Below are positions 26,201 to 34,939 of a stretch of 64,000 nucleotides of DNA, in pieces (the first letter of the stretch is position 1; each line of letters starts with the position of its first letter). The notes under the pieces were generated by a model. That model searched no databases. It was not told the origin of the DNA and worked only from the letters and a program-made list of their open reading frames with translations. The stretch comes from Patescibacteria group bacterium (lineage in GTDB: Bacteria; Patescibacteriota; Minisyncoccia; Phycocordibacterales; DATDWN01), in the NCBI GenBank assembly GCA_040384485.1, contig JAZKJH010000002.1:231951-295950 (forward strand), written 5' to 3'. Made by a program: the position numbers and the translations under genes.

Positions 26201-27715
26201 AGTGTCAGTTTCATATGCAGTAGCATTCAGAATGATTTCTGCATACATTTTTTGCACTTCTTTCTCCATTGATTTAAAATCTGGCTCCACACCTGTCAGC
26301 TGAACTAATGTTGGAACGTAATCCTCGGCATACTGAGATGGGTTTGTGAAAGCATCTAAATATTTATTTCTAACCTCCTCTGGGCTTATTTTAAACTTAA
26401 TGCCTGTTAATGAGCAAAGTTTTTTCATCGCCCGGAGTGTTTCCGGATAATATGACGAATACCCAAGTAGGTTTTCTTTATACTTATTTTGCAAGTGTAT
26501 ATCGTACGACTGGTAATCAGGTTTTATGCCTGTTAGTTCTTGCAAAAATGAAAATACTGGTTTTAGATCATCTTCATCATCGGATTTGTGGCAGGATTCT
26601 AGAGCCAAATTCCAGTATGCATACCTTATTAATCCTGGAAACCTTCCACTTTGATTATGTTCTTCTAGTAATTTATTTATTTCTTCCACTCGACGTTTGC
26701 AATCAGGAAGATTAGTACTGTCTGAATAAATAAAAAAATCTGAGAATTCCTTAATACTGTTTTTAAGTTCAATATCAAGAAATCTAAGTTCGTGTATCTC
26801 ATCAACCCCCTTCGGGTCAAGTGGGTCAGGAATACGCATGGGCTCTCTAGAGTATTGCTTTACACTTGAAACAATATAATCGATTGCATCATTAAACTTC
26901 TTTATCTCATTTTCCTCAGTTGTTTTTACCCTGATATTAACAAGTGCTTGAAGAATCGATTCTGCATCAAATATCCTAAGATTCTTAGGGTTTCCACCAG
27001 CCAAATTATAATCTGTTGTCATCTCTATATCAAAAATCTTCTTTAATTTTTCGATATCGTTCACATCGCCGATACGTCCCACTGGTCTATAGATATAGCT
27101 CTTAGTAGATCTATCTTCACTGTTTGCGACAGACTTATGCGCATAAAAATCTAGAACTAACTTCTTGTTTTTGGGTGTAGCCACGAGTTCTACTAACTGG
27201 GAATACCTAAATATTGTAGAGCTATGAGTTACTGGTTGATCCAAATAATCCAAAACATACAAAAGGACTTTAGATCCCTCCTTTCTAAGTTCATTACGTA
27301 ATCTTATAGTTTTTTGTAATGGAGTTTCTTCTATTTGTGGTTCAACCTCAACCTTATGTTCTGGCTGATTTTCCACCTGAGGTACGACTTTAACTTTATC
27401 GTCTTCCAGATTTTCTCCCTCATGTTGCGGATTTAGTTGCTCAAAAGGAACACCATTGTTTTCCTCGTTGTTATCATTGTCATCATCATAGGGAGGATCG
27501 TAGTCATAAAAGTCATCGTCATAATCGTCCTCATCATGGTCTGCTATATAAGGGTCATCCCACACACCCAAACGAACACACTCTTCCACTAGAGCTCTCA
27601 TGCGCTCCATGTCCTCTGGAGAAAGCTTGGCCTCTATTTGTTCCTCTGGTGACTTTCTCAAAGTCTCAACAGCTTCTGCAAGTGATTCCAGGCCCTTAAA
27701 AACCTTTCTTTCCAT
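23291..27715 (-). CDS. giant (1474-aa) cytoplasmic repeat protein A, paralogue of 27801..32000
   Basis: No signal peptide. N-terminal HEAT/PBS-lyase-like repeats (DRSTKSYIYRPVGRIGD). An acidic DDDDFYDYD block. About eight ~45-aa modules around (L/I)TGI(K/E)PD(F/Y). A conserved C-terminal domain with YSGDLGDSCHTSQHESMA. Confidence 0.8.
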   Translation of the reverse strand: MERKVFKGLESLAEAVETLRKSPEEQIEAKLSPEDMERMRALVEECVRLGVWDDPYIADHDEDDYDDDFYDYDPPYDDDNDNNEENNGVPFEQLNPQHEGENLEDDKVKVVPQVENQPEHKVEVEPQIEETPLQKTIRLRNELRKEGSKVLLYVLDYLDQPVTHSSTIFRYSQLVELVATPKNKKLVLDFYAHKSVANSEDRSTKSYIYRPVGRIGDVNDIEKLKKIFDIEMTTDYNLAGGNPKNLRIFDAESILQALVNIRVKTTEENEIKKFNDAIDYIVSSVKQYSREPMRIPDPLDPKGVDEIHELRFLDIELKNSIKEFSDFFIYSDSTNLPDCKRRVEEINKLLEEHNQSGRFPGLIRYAYWNLALESCHKSDDEDDLKPVFSFLQELTGIKPDYQSYDIHLQNKYKENLLGYSSYYPETLRAMKKLCSLTGIKFKISPEEVRNKYLDAFTNPSQYAEDYVPTLVQLTGVEPDFKSMEKEVQKMYAEIILNATAYETDTYYGTRGLKKAEIIYKITNIRPTIDSKRMQLAYRTWIVNNYRDMKQLITAGYQMTGIEPDFTNNEGLVQEQYNVIVSTINNQSTYERAKANISEWETITKVKPKFTGLVIEDIYVQRLFRGNADSIKLIQELTQVKIDWALHEIPIRNYAIRYLTTFDAYGLNETIERIAKIQKITGKQIEFSSEELKRIASHAVRSLIDTGQNPAGAFKLEEIIPDPKFISGIATDILVTAIKHGNKTLFYLVLEKMGGEKAAGKVFNPESISTWMNSHLYSDPKKVVTVLKFTEEVSKESEIANELHKIISRNPWVNAFSRMQKIQAIAANVTNDPWEQELKPLMKYLVDHKIVSIEKAEDAELVVSFVESMGMSNLPRLFKVYADCHRSKTLDRIGPDTISICEEFGVKAKNKDGSWKFNSSLELFNELVKGLKRIKTSLLADTIPDGLKTELGDELFSVIKGSTQFERDHALSDIVSTWEKTITNKPEVAQLPVGFKESSFKVSVVSRGSEKTPDQEKALEELMSSQELKNVCGPLMESLDFASSNGTFQFFNTLLSKLASEENSIRQLLSSSLEDIESMIEDEEDSVKKQNLSKKLKALKSPKGRQGIERQADILRDASEQIKNLDKKLHNSSQEDQDYVAVLEELNKLDAKLPLVQEIRDFSALHMYGIVMDEGSRDEIDSLVDSEEGRSPNPDMVYRVHKIARDYIEEHYLHHLQDPEHTSHVSFSPELLEKLTLAWQQQLDKQTGHLPITVLKNKLDKILGVYSGKTQKEVAVSMVPVSGVLNIYSGDLGDSCHTSQHESMAKGLYPGLRTWVYVTNRGKQNEELRGSVLAIQANRSSGTPVLVVRANNPAENFIQSVNADTFVKGVLKEAIETAKRLREERIKADPSLPKEMLCQQVAIPMDSRGMASTNRQSVSDSYRKRFLKCKKIGLKDKRETNFNNYNIHSTDSATAPVVIWEIDADGNEKWYGNWE

Positions 27716-27716
27716 T

Positions 27717-27790
27717 TTGGGTGAATTTAGAATTAATACTTATATTTTAAGATAGTTAGGGTTAAATTACAAACTGTGTCTAGCTTAAAA
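27717..27790 (-). promoter_or_regulatory. promoter of giant gene A: TTGTAA-17-TAAAAT, duplicated at 32003..32075
   Basis: CCTAACTATCTTAAAATATAaGTATTAATTCTAAATT is near-identical upstream of both giant genes. Confidence 0.5.
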
Positions 27791-27800
27791 ATAGTCGGTA

Positions 27801-30800
27801 TTACTCCCAATTACCGTGCCATGTTTCCTTCCCGTCTGCATCTATTTCCCAGATCACCACTGTGGCAGTACCGCTACGTAAACTATGAACATCATATCCA
27901 TTAAAGTTTGTCTCTCTAGTACTCTCTAACTCAACCTTTTTACACTCCTTGAATCTTTTTCTGTACACATCATTTACTGGTTGGCGGTTGGTAGATGCCA
28001 TACCTCGTGAGTCCATTGGAATTGTTACTTTTTGACAAAGAAGATGGTTGGGTAGGCTTGGGTTAGATTTGATTCTCTCTGCTCTCAAACGTTTTGCTGT
28101 TTCGACTGCTTGTTTCAACACATCTACCACAAGAGACTCTGATTCAACACTTTGAATAAAGTTTTCTGAAGGATTGTTTGCTCTTACAATAAGGACCGGC
28201 GAACCATCTGGTTCTGTCGCTTGGATAGATAACACCGAACCCTTTAACTCCTCATTCTGCTTACCTCTGTTTGTTACATAGACCCAGGTCCGGAGGTTAG
28301 GATATGACCCGTTCGCCATTGATTCATGCTGATGAGTATGACAAGAGTCACCCAAGTCCCCTGAGTAAATGTGAAGTAGACCAGAAACAGGAACTAGAGA
28401 AACAGAAATCTCCTTTTTAGTTTTTCCAGCATATACTCCTAAAATCTTGTCTATTTTGTTTTTCAAAACAGTGATAGGCAAATGCCCAGTTTGTTTATCA
28501 AGCTGCTGTTGCCACACAAGAGTTAGTTTTTCTAAAAGCTCTGGAGAAAAAGTTTGGTGATTTGTGTGTTCACTGTCCTGCAGGTGATGCAAATAATGCT
28601 CCTCTATATAGTCTCTGGCAATTTTATGTAGCTTATATATATTTTCCGGACTTGGTGATACACCTTCATCAGAATCTACCATGTCAGTCACAGCTACTCT
28701 TTGTGCCCCCTGCATAACCACATCAAACATATGCAATGCAGAAAAATCTCTTATCTCTTTAGTTAAAGGAATTTTTTTATCAAGCTGATTTAATGCTTCT
28801 AGAACGTCCGTGTAGTCCGAATCCTGTGAATGACCTTCATCAAACTTATCCTGCACCTTTACTACCTGATCTACAGAGTCCCGCAAAATATCTGCCTGAT
28901 TCTCTATTCCCAATCTGCCTTTAGGATTTTGTAAGGCTTTAAATTTCTTCGTTAAATTTTGTTTTGATTTTGGATCCTCCTCTTTTTCTATCATGCTCTC
29001 CATTTCTTCTCTGGAGCAGGAAAGAAGTCTTCTAAGAGACGTCTCCTCTTCTTTGAGTTTGGCCACCAAATCAGTGAAAAAATTATAAACTCCTTTTGTA
29101 GCTCCGAACTCGATAGATTTTGCCAGTGGCACGTAAGAATCCACCACTTCCTGACTACTCATTAGTTTTTCTAACTCCACCTCCTGATCCGCAGTTTTTT
29201 CTATTTTGTGACTTAATGCGGGAACTTTAAAAGTAGCTTCCTGGAAACCAGAGGGTAATTTTGCCACTTCTGGATACGCTTCTGCAGTGTTATTCCATAT
29301 ATCAAGAAGCACTGGTAAACTATGACTCCTTTCAAATTGGGTTGAACCTTTTATACGACTAAACAGTTCCTCCCCTAACTCAGTAGTAAGAGCTCCCGGA
29401 ACTTTATCTTCCAGCAAGCCAGTCTGAATACCTTTGAGAATTTTACTTAACTCATTGAACAGCTCCAAAGAACTTTTAAATCTCCAGGATCCGTCTTTGT
29501 TTTTTGTCTTAATGTCACAACCTTCACACACACTGATTGTGAATGCACCTAATTTATCTAAAGTTTTGTTTCTATGACAATCAGCATAAACCTCAAAGAT
29601 TTTGCTCAAATTCTTCATGCCCATAAGCTCAATAAAAGATACCACCAATTCAGCATCTGCAGGATTCTCCATAGAAATTATTCTTTCACCCACAATAAAC
29701 TTCATAAAAGGTTTGAATTCTTTTGTCCATGGGTCATTGGTTACATTTTTTGCCACGGCTTGAACTTTTTCGAGCCTTGTAAAAGCTGACATCCATGGGG
29801 TATGGGAAATTTCTTTATAAATAGAAAATGCTAACTCACTCTTATCAGAATGCTCTTGTAAAAACTTTAGGATAGTAAAACTTTTTCCTGGATCTTCGTG
29901 GAGATTACGGATAGCAATCTCTGACATGCTTTTAATATTAAAATCTACTTTTCTTCCTTTAAGTTGCTTGATTGCCTCCCCAAAAAGGTGGCTGTCGGCA
30001 TATTGAATAGCATGCACCAAAATATTTTCAATAACAGAATTGATAGCCTCCTGATCAGAGAAAATTTCTTGGAATCTAAGGGTGCCGAGTGGGGACATGC
30101 CGTATTCTCGTAAACGTCTTCTATTTGTCGAAATGATTCCAACCATTTCATCCTGTGTAAAATTTATCTTTAATCCCGTTATCTCTTGGACTTGCTTCAC
30201 ACTATCAATAACCTTGTCAAAATCGTATGGGTCATAAACAGTAAGAACATCGAGGCATTTACTCTTTATTTCTTTCTCCCGAGAAGTCCAGCCAATGTCG
30301 ACCCCTGTTAGTGTTTGCAAGGCCATTATTGTCTCGGCCGACCCTCTAAAAAGGTTACGCACATAAATTTCACCTATTATTTTTTCATTGTACTGAGGCT
30401 TAATTTTACAAATTTTCTCCAAATTCTCAATTTGTTTCATTGCCGCAGACAATGAGTCGACACTAATGACTCCTGAAAGGATTCGGCTATATTTATTTTG
30501 GACGTGAGCCTCCGATTTAGAAAAGTCTGGCTCTATTCCAGTAAGCTCATAACCTTTGGTAATTAGGTCAACTACATCTCCTGTACCGTCAAAGAGCCAA
30601 GTTTGGTAACAAAGTTGCATTTGAGAATCCTTAATTTTTGGACGGATTTTTGTTTTTTCATACATCAATTCTGCACATTTAAATCCTGTAGCACCCCAAT
30701 AATCATCGGACTCATAACTGCTGGAATTCATAATTATGCGATCGTAAGATTGCTGAATCTCGGGTTCTAACTTATTAAAGTCGATTTTGCTTTCTGTTAC

Positions 30801-32000
30801 ACTCTCGAGTATTTCCAAATAATCATTTGGATACTTGTGCAGGTTAGCCAAAACATATATATACTTTTCTTTTATGAAATTCGGATCTACCTCGAACTTG
30901 ATTTTAGTTATTGAATACAATTTTTCAATGCACATAAGGTTGTAGTCCTCCACCTCATCACCCGGAAAAAAGTTTTCATCATACATGCCTTGTACCTCAC
31001 TCTTACGAGAAGTGTAGTCCGGTTTCAAGTTGGTAATTGTTTCTAAAAAAGCTATTTGTTCAAAGTATTCGTCACCACGGGAGACACGTTCCGTCATTTT
31101 CCAATAAGCATTTTGTATTAGTTCTGGAAGTAAATCCTCTGCTTTCTCCTCTGCAAGTGCTTTTTTCAAGTTTGTAAAATTAGAAACAGTTCGGGTATTG
31201 TCTATGGCCTGAGACTCAAAATAGCGATTAAACTCTCTAATTAGTTCTGAAGTATTAGGATGGAAAAACTCTGAGCGGAATTCAATATCGGCTTCATGAG
31301 GATCATTTGCATGAGGAGTATAAACTTGGCCTATCTCTCCATTGATATAGTTGATAGCATTATTTATTCTTTCTATATCATGCTCATTCTTTGTGCGCGC
31401 TCGAATATCCACTAAGGCCCGAATAACCAAATCACCATCTAAGGATTTGTAATACTCCTTATCGTATTGCTGGTAGTTCGTAGTGAGAGTAATGTCAAAA
31501 TATTTTTTCAAACCTTCAACATGATCGGCACTACCAATACGGCCCATAATTTCATGAATATATGATTTAGTTGATCTGTCTGGAATAGCAGCAACATCTT
31601 TTTTGCTATAAAACTCAAGAATTTCATCAGCATTTTCTTCTGATGCAGCATACTTCAAAATTTTTGAGTATTTATAGACCTTAAGGTTGTTTACCTCCGG
31701 TCCATCCATGTATTGCAAAATAAGAGGAACTATTTTTCCCCTTTCATCCCTAATCTGCCTACGCAGTTTTACTATTTCTTCATTTCTAGCATCCTGGTCT
31801 TCTTTACGTTTATGACTTAATCCTCGAGTGCTATATACCGAATCCCATACACCTTTTTCCATGCATTCTTCCAAAAGAGCTTCCATACGCTCCATTTCCT
31901 CCGGAGAAAGCTTGGCCTCTATTTGTTCCTCTGGTGACTTTCTCAAAGTCTCAACAGCTTCTGCAAGTGATTCCAGGCCCTTAAAAACCTTTCTTTCCAT
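27801..32000 (-). CDS. giant (1399-aa) cytoplasmic repeat protein B, paralogue of 23291..27715
   Basis: The first 33 aa are identical to A, and the nucleotides at 31900..32003 are essentially identical to 27611..27716. It has the same module series and the same C-terminal domain (YSGDLGDSCHTHQHESMA). Confidence 0.8.
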   Translation of the reverse strand: MERKVFKGLESLAEAVETLRKSPEEQIEAKLSPEEMERMEALLEECMEKGVWDSVYSTRGLSHKRKEDQDARNEEIVKLRRQIRDERGKIVPLILQYMDGPEVNNLKVYKYSKILKYAASEENADEILEFYSKKDVAAIPDRSTKSYIHEIMGRIGSADHVEGLKKYFDITLTTNYQQYDKEYYKSLDGDLVIRALVDIRARTKNEHDIERINNAINYINGEIGQVYTPHANDPHEADIEFRSEFFHPNTSELIREFNRYFESQAIDNTRTVSNFTNLKKALAEEKAEDLLPELIQNAYWKMTERVSRGDEYFEQIAFLETITNLKPDYTSRKSEVQGMYDENFFPGDEVEDYNLMCIEKLYSITKIKFEVDPNFIKEKYIYVLANLHKYPNDYLEILESVTESKIDFNKLEPEIQQSYDRIIMNSSSYESDDYWGATGFKCAELMYEKTKIRPKIKDSQMQLCYQTWLFDGTGDVVDLITKGYELTGIEPDFSKSEAHVQNKYSRILSGVISVDSLSAAMKQIENLEKICKIKPQYNEKIIGEIYVRNLFRGSAETIMALQTLTGVDIGWTSREKEIKSKCLDVLTVYDPYDFDKVIDSVKQVQEITGLKINFTQDEMVGIISTNRRRLREYGMSPLGTLRFQEIFSDQEAINSVIENILVHAIQYADSHLFGEAIKQLKGRKVDFNIKSMSEIAIRNLHEDPGKSFTILKFLQEHSDKSELAFSIYKEISHTPWMSAFTRLEKVQAVAKNVTNDPWTKEFKPFMKFIVGERIISMENPADAELVVSFIELMGMKNLSKIFEVYADCHRNKTLDKLGAFTISVCEGCDIKTKNKDGSWRFKSSLELFNELSKILKGIQTGLLEDKVPGALTTELGEELFSRIKGSTQFERSHSLPVLLDIWNNTAEAYPEVAKLPSGFQEATFKVPALSHKIEKTADQEVELEKLMSSQEVVDSYVPLAKSIEFGATKGVYNFFTDLVAKLKEEETSLRRLLSCSREEMESMIEKEEDPKSKQNLTKKFKALQNPKGRLGIENQADILRDSVDQVVKVQDKFDEGHSQDSDYTDVLEALNQLDKKIPLTKEIRDFSALHMFDVVMQGAQRVAVTDMVDSDEGVSPSPENIYKLHKIARDYIEEHYLHHLQDSEHTNHQTFSPELLEKLTLVWQQQLDKQTGHLPITVLKNKIDKILGVYAGKTKKEISVSLVPVSGLLHIYSGDLGDSCHTHQHESMANGSYPNLRTWVYVTNRGKQNEELKGSVLSIQATEPDGSPVLIVRANNPSENFIQSVESESLVVDVLKQAVETAKRLRAERIKSNPSLPNHLLCQKVTIPMDSRGMASTNRQPVNDVYRKRFKECKKVELESTRETNFNGYDVHSLRSGTATVVIWEIDADGKETWHGNWE

Positions 32001-32002
32001 TT

Positions 32003-32075
32003 TTAGTAAATTTAGAATTAATACCTATATTTTAAGATAGTTAGGTTTAATTTACAAACGACTTACAATTTGGGA
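32003..32075 (-). promoter_or_regulatory. promoter of giant gene B, a duplicate of the gene A promoter
   Basis: TTGTAA-17-TAAAAT with the same flanks as 27717..27790. Confidence 0.5.
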
Positions 32076-32089
32076 ATTTTTGATATATA

Positions 32090-32131
32090 AGAAAAGCCCG
32101 ACCCGATGACGTGTTGTCATCGGCTCGGGCT
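32090..32131 (-). terminator. rho-independent terminator of 32141..32908
   Basis: AGCCCGACCCGATGAC-GTGTT-GTCATCGGCTCGGGCT with a TTTTCTT run on the minus strand. Confidence 0.55.
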
Positions 32132-32140
32132 CGTGTGTGT

Positions 32141-32908
32141 CTAAATGAACAGTTCACTCAGAGGACGGAAGTCCTCGTGAGGTGAGAGAGTCGTCCGTTC
32201 ATGTCCATGGTAGAGATATGCATTTCGGCGTGTATTGGAACTGAGTACTCTGTACTCATCCCCAATCACCTGCAAGGCACAATCGTCATCCACTGAAATG
32301 ACCGGCATAAGGAAACCCTTCTGCTCACTCAGGTAGTCCAGCTCATTTCTCCTCCAATCCTCGGAGTTGTGATGAGGTGAGTGATAGAACGGGAGCAATC
32401 CAAGACCTTTGACCCAGATGGGTTTCCAGTTCTTGATGCCAATGAACTTGTTGGAATCGCTCAGTCCAGCTTCAAACCAGCAGATGGATCCTGCGCTAAG
32501 TCCCATCATCACTTTTCCTTGAGCATGAGCAGAGCGAAGCAAGTTTGAGACTCCTGTTTCGTTCCAGATGTTCATCATCTCGCGGGTGTTACCTCCGCCT
32601 ACGTAGATGATGTCTGCCCACGCGATCTTGGAACTGATCTCCTTGAAGTAGACCTTGTCCTGCGCGAGGAGCAAATGCTCGTAGTTACATCCCAACCGAA
32701 GATGAAACTGGGTGTAGATGTTATGGCAGTATGCCATATCATCCAAGCTTGCGGTTGGCAGAAACAGTACATTGACTGTATCCCGCCCAACCGGCAACTC
32801 TGACGCAGCCAGTCGAACTGCTTCTTGGTCTATCGAAAGTGTGGTCGGTGGAGCACACTGGGTACGCACCGAGCCCCCTCCGATTGCAATTATCTTGGTT
32901 TTCGCCAC
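32141..32908 (-). CDS. S51 peptidase (peptidase E / cyanophycinase-like)
   Basis: IYVGGGNT and GLSAGS (GxSxG nucleophile) motifs. Markedly G+C-richer than the surrounding window. Confidence 0.7.
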   Translation of the reverse strand: MAKTKIIAIGGGSVRTQCAPPTTLSIDQEAVRLAASELPVGRDTVNVLFLPTASLDDMAYCHNIYTQFHLRLGCNYEHLLLAQDKVYFKEISSKIAWADIIYVGGGNTREMMNIWNETGVSNLLRSAHAQGKVMMGLSAGSICWFEAGLSDSNKFIGIKNWKPIWVKGLGLLPFYHSPHHNSEDWRRNELDYLSEQKGFLMPVISVDDDCALQVIGDEYRVLSSNTRRNAYLYHGHERTTLSPHEDFRPLSELFI

Positions 32909-33049
32909 ATCTGCTCCTTTCCGAGCAATATCTTGCGTTAAATTAACTATTCTATCTCCTTCCTTAATTATAGCATAATATATACCATACTGTCAATAGT
33001 TACATATAGGGCAAGGTAGAGCCGTATATGAAGAAAATGGCTAATTTCT

Positions 33050-33337
33050 CTATTTATCTAACTTTTTATATAAAGTACCTGTACCTACCAAGATCACCAA
33101 GCCAACAGCAAGCAACCTCCAGGGATGTCCATCGAAAAAAGAAAGGTTCACTACTATAGTTTTCAAACCTTCACTAACCGCTACCACTCCAACAAGGATA
33201 AGTAGTGCAAAAGTTAATGGGTATCTACTAAAAACTGACCTCGTTCCACGTGCCATTATCTTATTTACTTTGTCTGACAAAACTTCTATATGTCTTAAGA
33301 TGTCTAAACTGACCTCTCTATCATTGTTAGTGTTCAT
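33050..33337 (-). CDS. small membrane protein
   Basis: Two TM helices. It overlaps the upstream gene by 11 bp. Confidence 0.45.
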   Translation of the reverse strand: MNTNNDREVSLDILRHIEVLSDKVNKIMARGTRSVFSRYPLTFALLILVGVVAVSEGLKTIVVNLSFFDGHPWRLLAVGLVILVGTGTLYKKLDK

Positions 33338-33977
33338 ATCTATATAATATACTAGATAAAAAGTTTTTTATACGAGGTGCTATCGGCAGCTTTCTACAAA
33401 TAAAGTTTAAGTATTTTTTCGTGTTCACCTGGAAATCTTCATAATAAATAACTTCGAATCCGGCGTACAAAAGCAATACTTCTATTTCTTCTTTTTTATA
33501 AAAACTAAACCACCTTGGTTTTCCGACTCCTGAGCTTTCGCGATATAACTCTGTCTCTCCTTCTATTAGTCCCAGACCGAAAATGCCATTCTTTTTTAGA
33601 ACTCTATTTATTTCCATCAAAGGTTCCTTTATTTTTGACTTCGGCGTATGCAAAAGAGACGTATATGCCCAAACCCCATCAAAACTTCTAGAACTAAAAG
33701 GCAACTTGTCGAAATCTCCCAATACTGACTTGAGACCCTTTGCTTCAGATAGCTCTATCATTGATTTGGAAGCATCTAGACACACCACATCAAGTCCTGC
33801 ATTTTTGAGAACCAAACCGTCCCTACCTGGACCGCTTCCAACATCCAAAACCTTTCCTTTTGTTTCTGCAATAAACTTGTCAAATACTCTGTGTGGAAAA
33901 TGCTCCCAAAAACCTGTGGTCTCCTTGTCGTATTCCTCCGCTAACTCGTTATATGTTCTTATTGTTAGTAAATCCAT
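33327..33977 (-). CDS. class I SAM-dependent methyltransferase
   Basis: VLDVGSGPGRD motif I and a DVVCLDAS acidic loop. Confidence 0.75.
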   Translation of the reverse strand: MDLLTIRTYNELAEEYDKETTGFWEHFPHRVFDKFIAETKGKVLDVGSGPGRDGLVLKNAGLDVVCLDASKSMIELSEAKGLKSVLGDFDKLPFSSRSFDGVWAYTSLLHTPKSKIKEPLMEINRVLKKNGIFGLGLIEGETELYRESSGVGKPRWFSFYKKEEIEVLLLYAGFEVIYYEDFQVNTKKYLNFICRKLPIAPRIKNFLSSILYRYEH

Positions 33978-33988
33978 ATTAAAACAAT

Positions 33989-34381
33989 TTATACTCTAAT
34001 ATTATCATTGTCAGCAATTGCCCCGTTTTCGATTTTCTCTATTTCAGCTTTTGAGGGAGCGTCATGCTTAGCAAACAATGTTAATTCTCTTTGCTTTTTA
34101 AGTTCCTCAGCGAGTTTCTCATTGGCCTTTCTAAGGTTTCTGAGTTTAAGGGAAGTCTGGATACTACCTGGAAGGATCATAAGAAGTGAGACGAGTACTC
34201 CGCACCCGATAGCAAGTAGCAATACCATAGCAAGTGAACCTTCAAACTGCCACTGAAAAAAAGCCACAGTAACTATAGAAACGTTCTGTAGGGCAAAAAT
34301 AACCGCCACACCTCCTAGTAACAAACCGAAAATAAATAATACCAACATATAGTTTAAATTTAATAATAATTTTATATACAT
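33989..34381 (-). CDS. LapA-domain-like small inner-membrane protein
   Basis: Two TM helices followed by a charged coiled C-terminus. Confidence 0.5.
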   Translation of the reverse strand: MYIKLLLNLNYMLVLFIFGLLLGGVAVIFALQNVSIVTVAFFQWQFEGSLAMVLLLAIGCGVLVSLLMILPGSIQTSLKLRNLRKANEKLAEELKKQRELTLFAKHDAPSKAEIEKIENGAIADNDNIRV

Positions 34382-34496
34382 AACTGTAACATAAATATAT
34401 TGTATGTACTAGTTTTTTAATCCAATCTTAATGTTATAATTATGTAGGGGTTAGTGAATTTGTTACTGCTCTTTTATTAATCTAAGCCATCTGCTC

Positions 34497-34590
34497 CCTA
34501 ACTTTGTTAGTATCGTAATGCTTTTCTACTTGTATTCTGACGCCCATCACGAATACACGGATTGATACTAACAAGGTTAGGGGGTGGATA
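34497..34590 (+). promoter_or_regulatory. long inverted repeat in the 5' leader of 34600..34905; the distal arm overlaps the Shine-Dalgarno sequence
   Basis: CCCTAACTTTGTTAGTATC ... GATACTAACAAGGTTAGGG (18/19 bp complementary) separated by about 50 nt. GGGGGTGG lies about 14 nt before the ATG. Confidence 0.4.
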
Positions 34591-34599
34591 TACAACAAC

Positions 34600-34905
34600 A
34601 TGCAAATAAATTTAAACGTAAATAGTACTTATGGTTTTGGTTATGCATTTATTGAGACAATATCAAAAATATTTTCATTTAGACTTACTGACGACCACCT
34701 GAAAGAAAGAAACGACCTTGCAAAACGCCACCAGGATGAACAAGACAAGCTACTACAAGCACAAGAACTAGACAAGGAAAAAGAAAAAGAGAAATTGGAA
34801 AAAAGGAAAGAAGATGCCAAAGACAAAATAACTGACGCCGAAAGAGAGGCCGAAGTGCAACGAGAGGAAGTGCGCGAAGCCGAAGAGGAAGAAAATAGTT
34901 TATAA
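34600..34905 (+). CDS. small charged coiled-coil protein (101 aa, E/K-rich)
   Basis: The ORF has a ribosome-binding site and a terminator, but it is low-complexity, so confidence is low. Confidence 0.35.
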   Translation: MQINLNVNSTYGFGYAFIETISKIFSFRLTDDHLKERNDLAKRHQDEQDKLLQAQELDKEKEKEKLEKRKEDAKDKITDAEREAEVQREEVREAEEEENSL

Positions 34906-34938
34906 AACAAAACCCCGAGTTATCTCGGGGTTTTGTTT
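34906..34938. terminator. bidirectional terminator
   Basis: AAAACCCCGAG-TTATC-CTCGGGGTTTT. Confidence 0.65.
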
Positions 34939-34939
34939 A

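Noticed and set aside
23291-32000. Nucleotide-level tandem repeats or a CRISPR-like array inside the giant genes
   Set aside because: The repetition is at the protein-module level with divergent DNA. No short direct repeats with regular spacers were seen anywhere in the window.
34641-34910. 89-aa Ser-rich minus ORF
   Set aside because: It is antisense to the E/K-rich 34600..34905 ORF. It is low-complexity and lacks a plausible start context.
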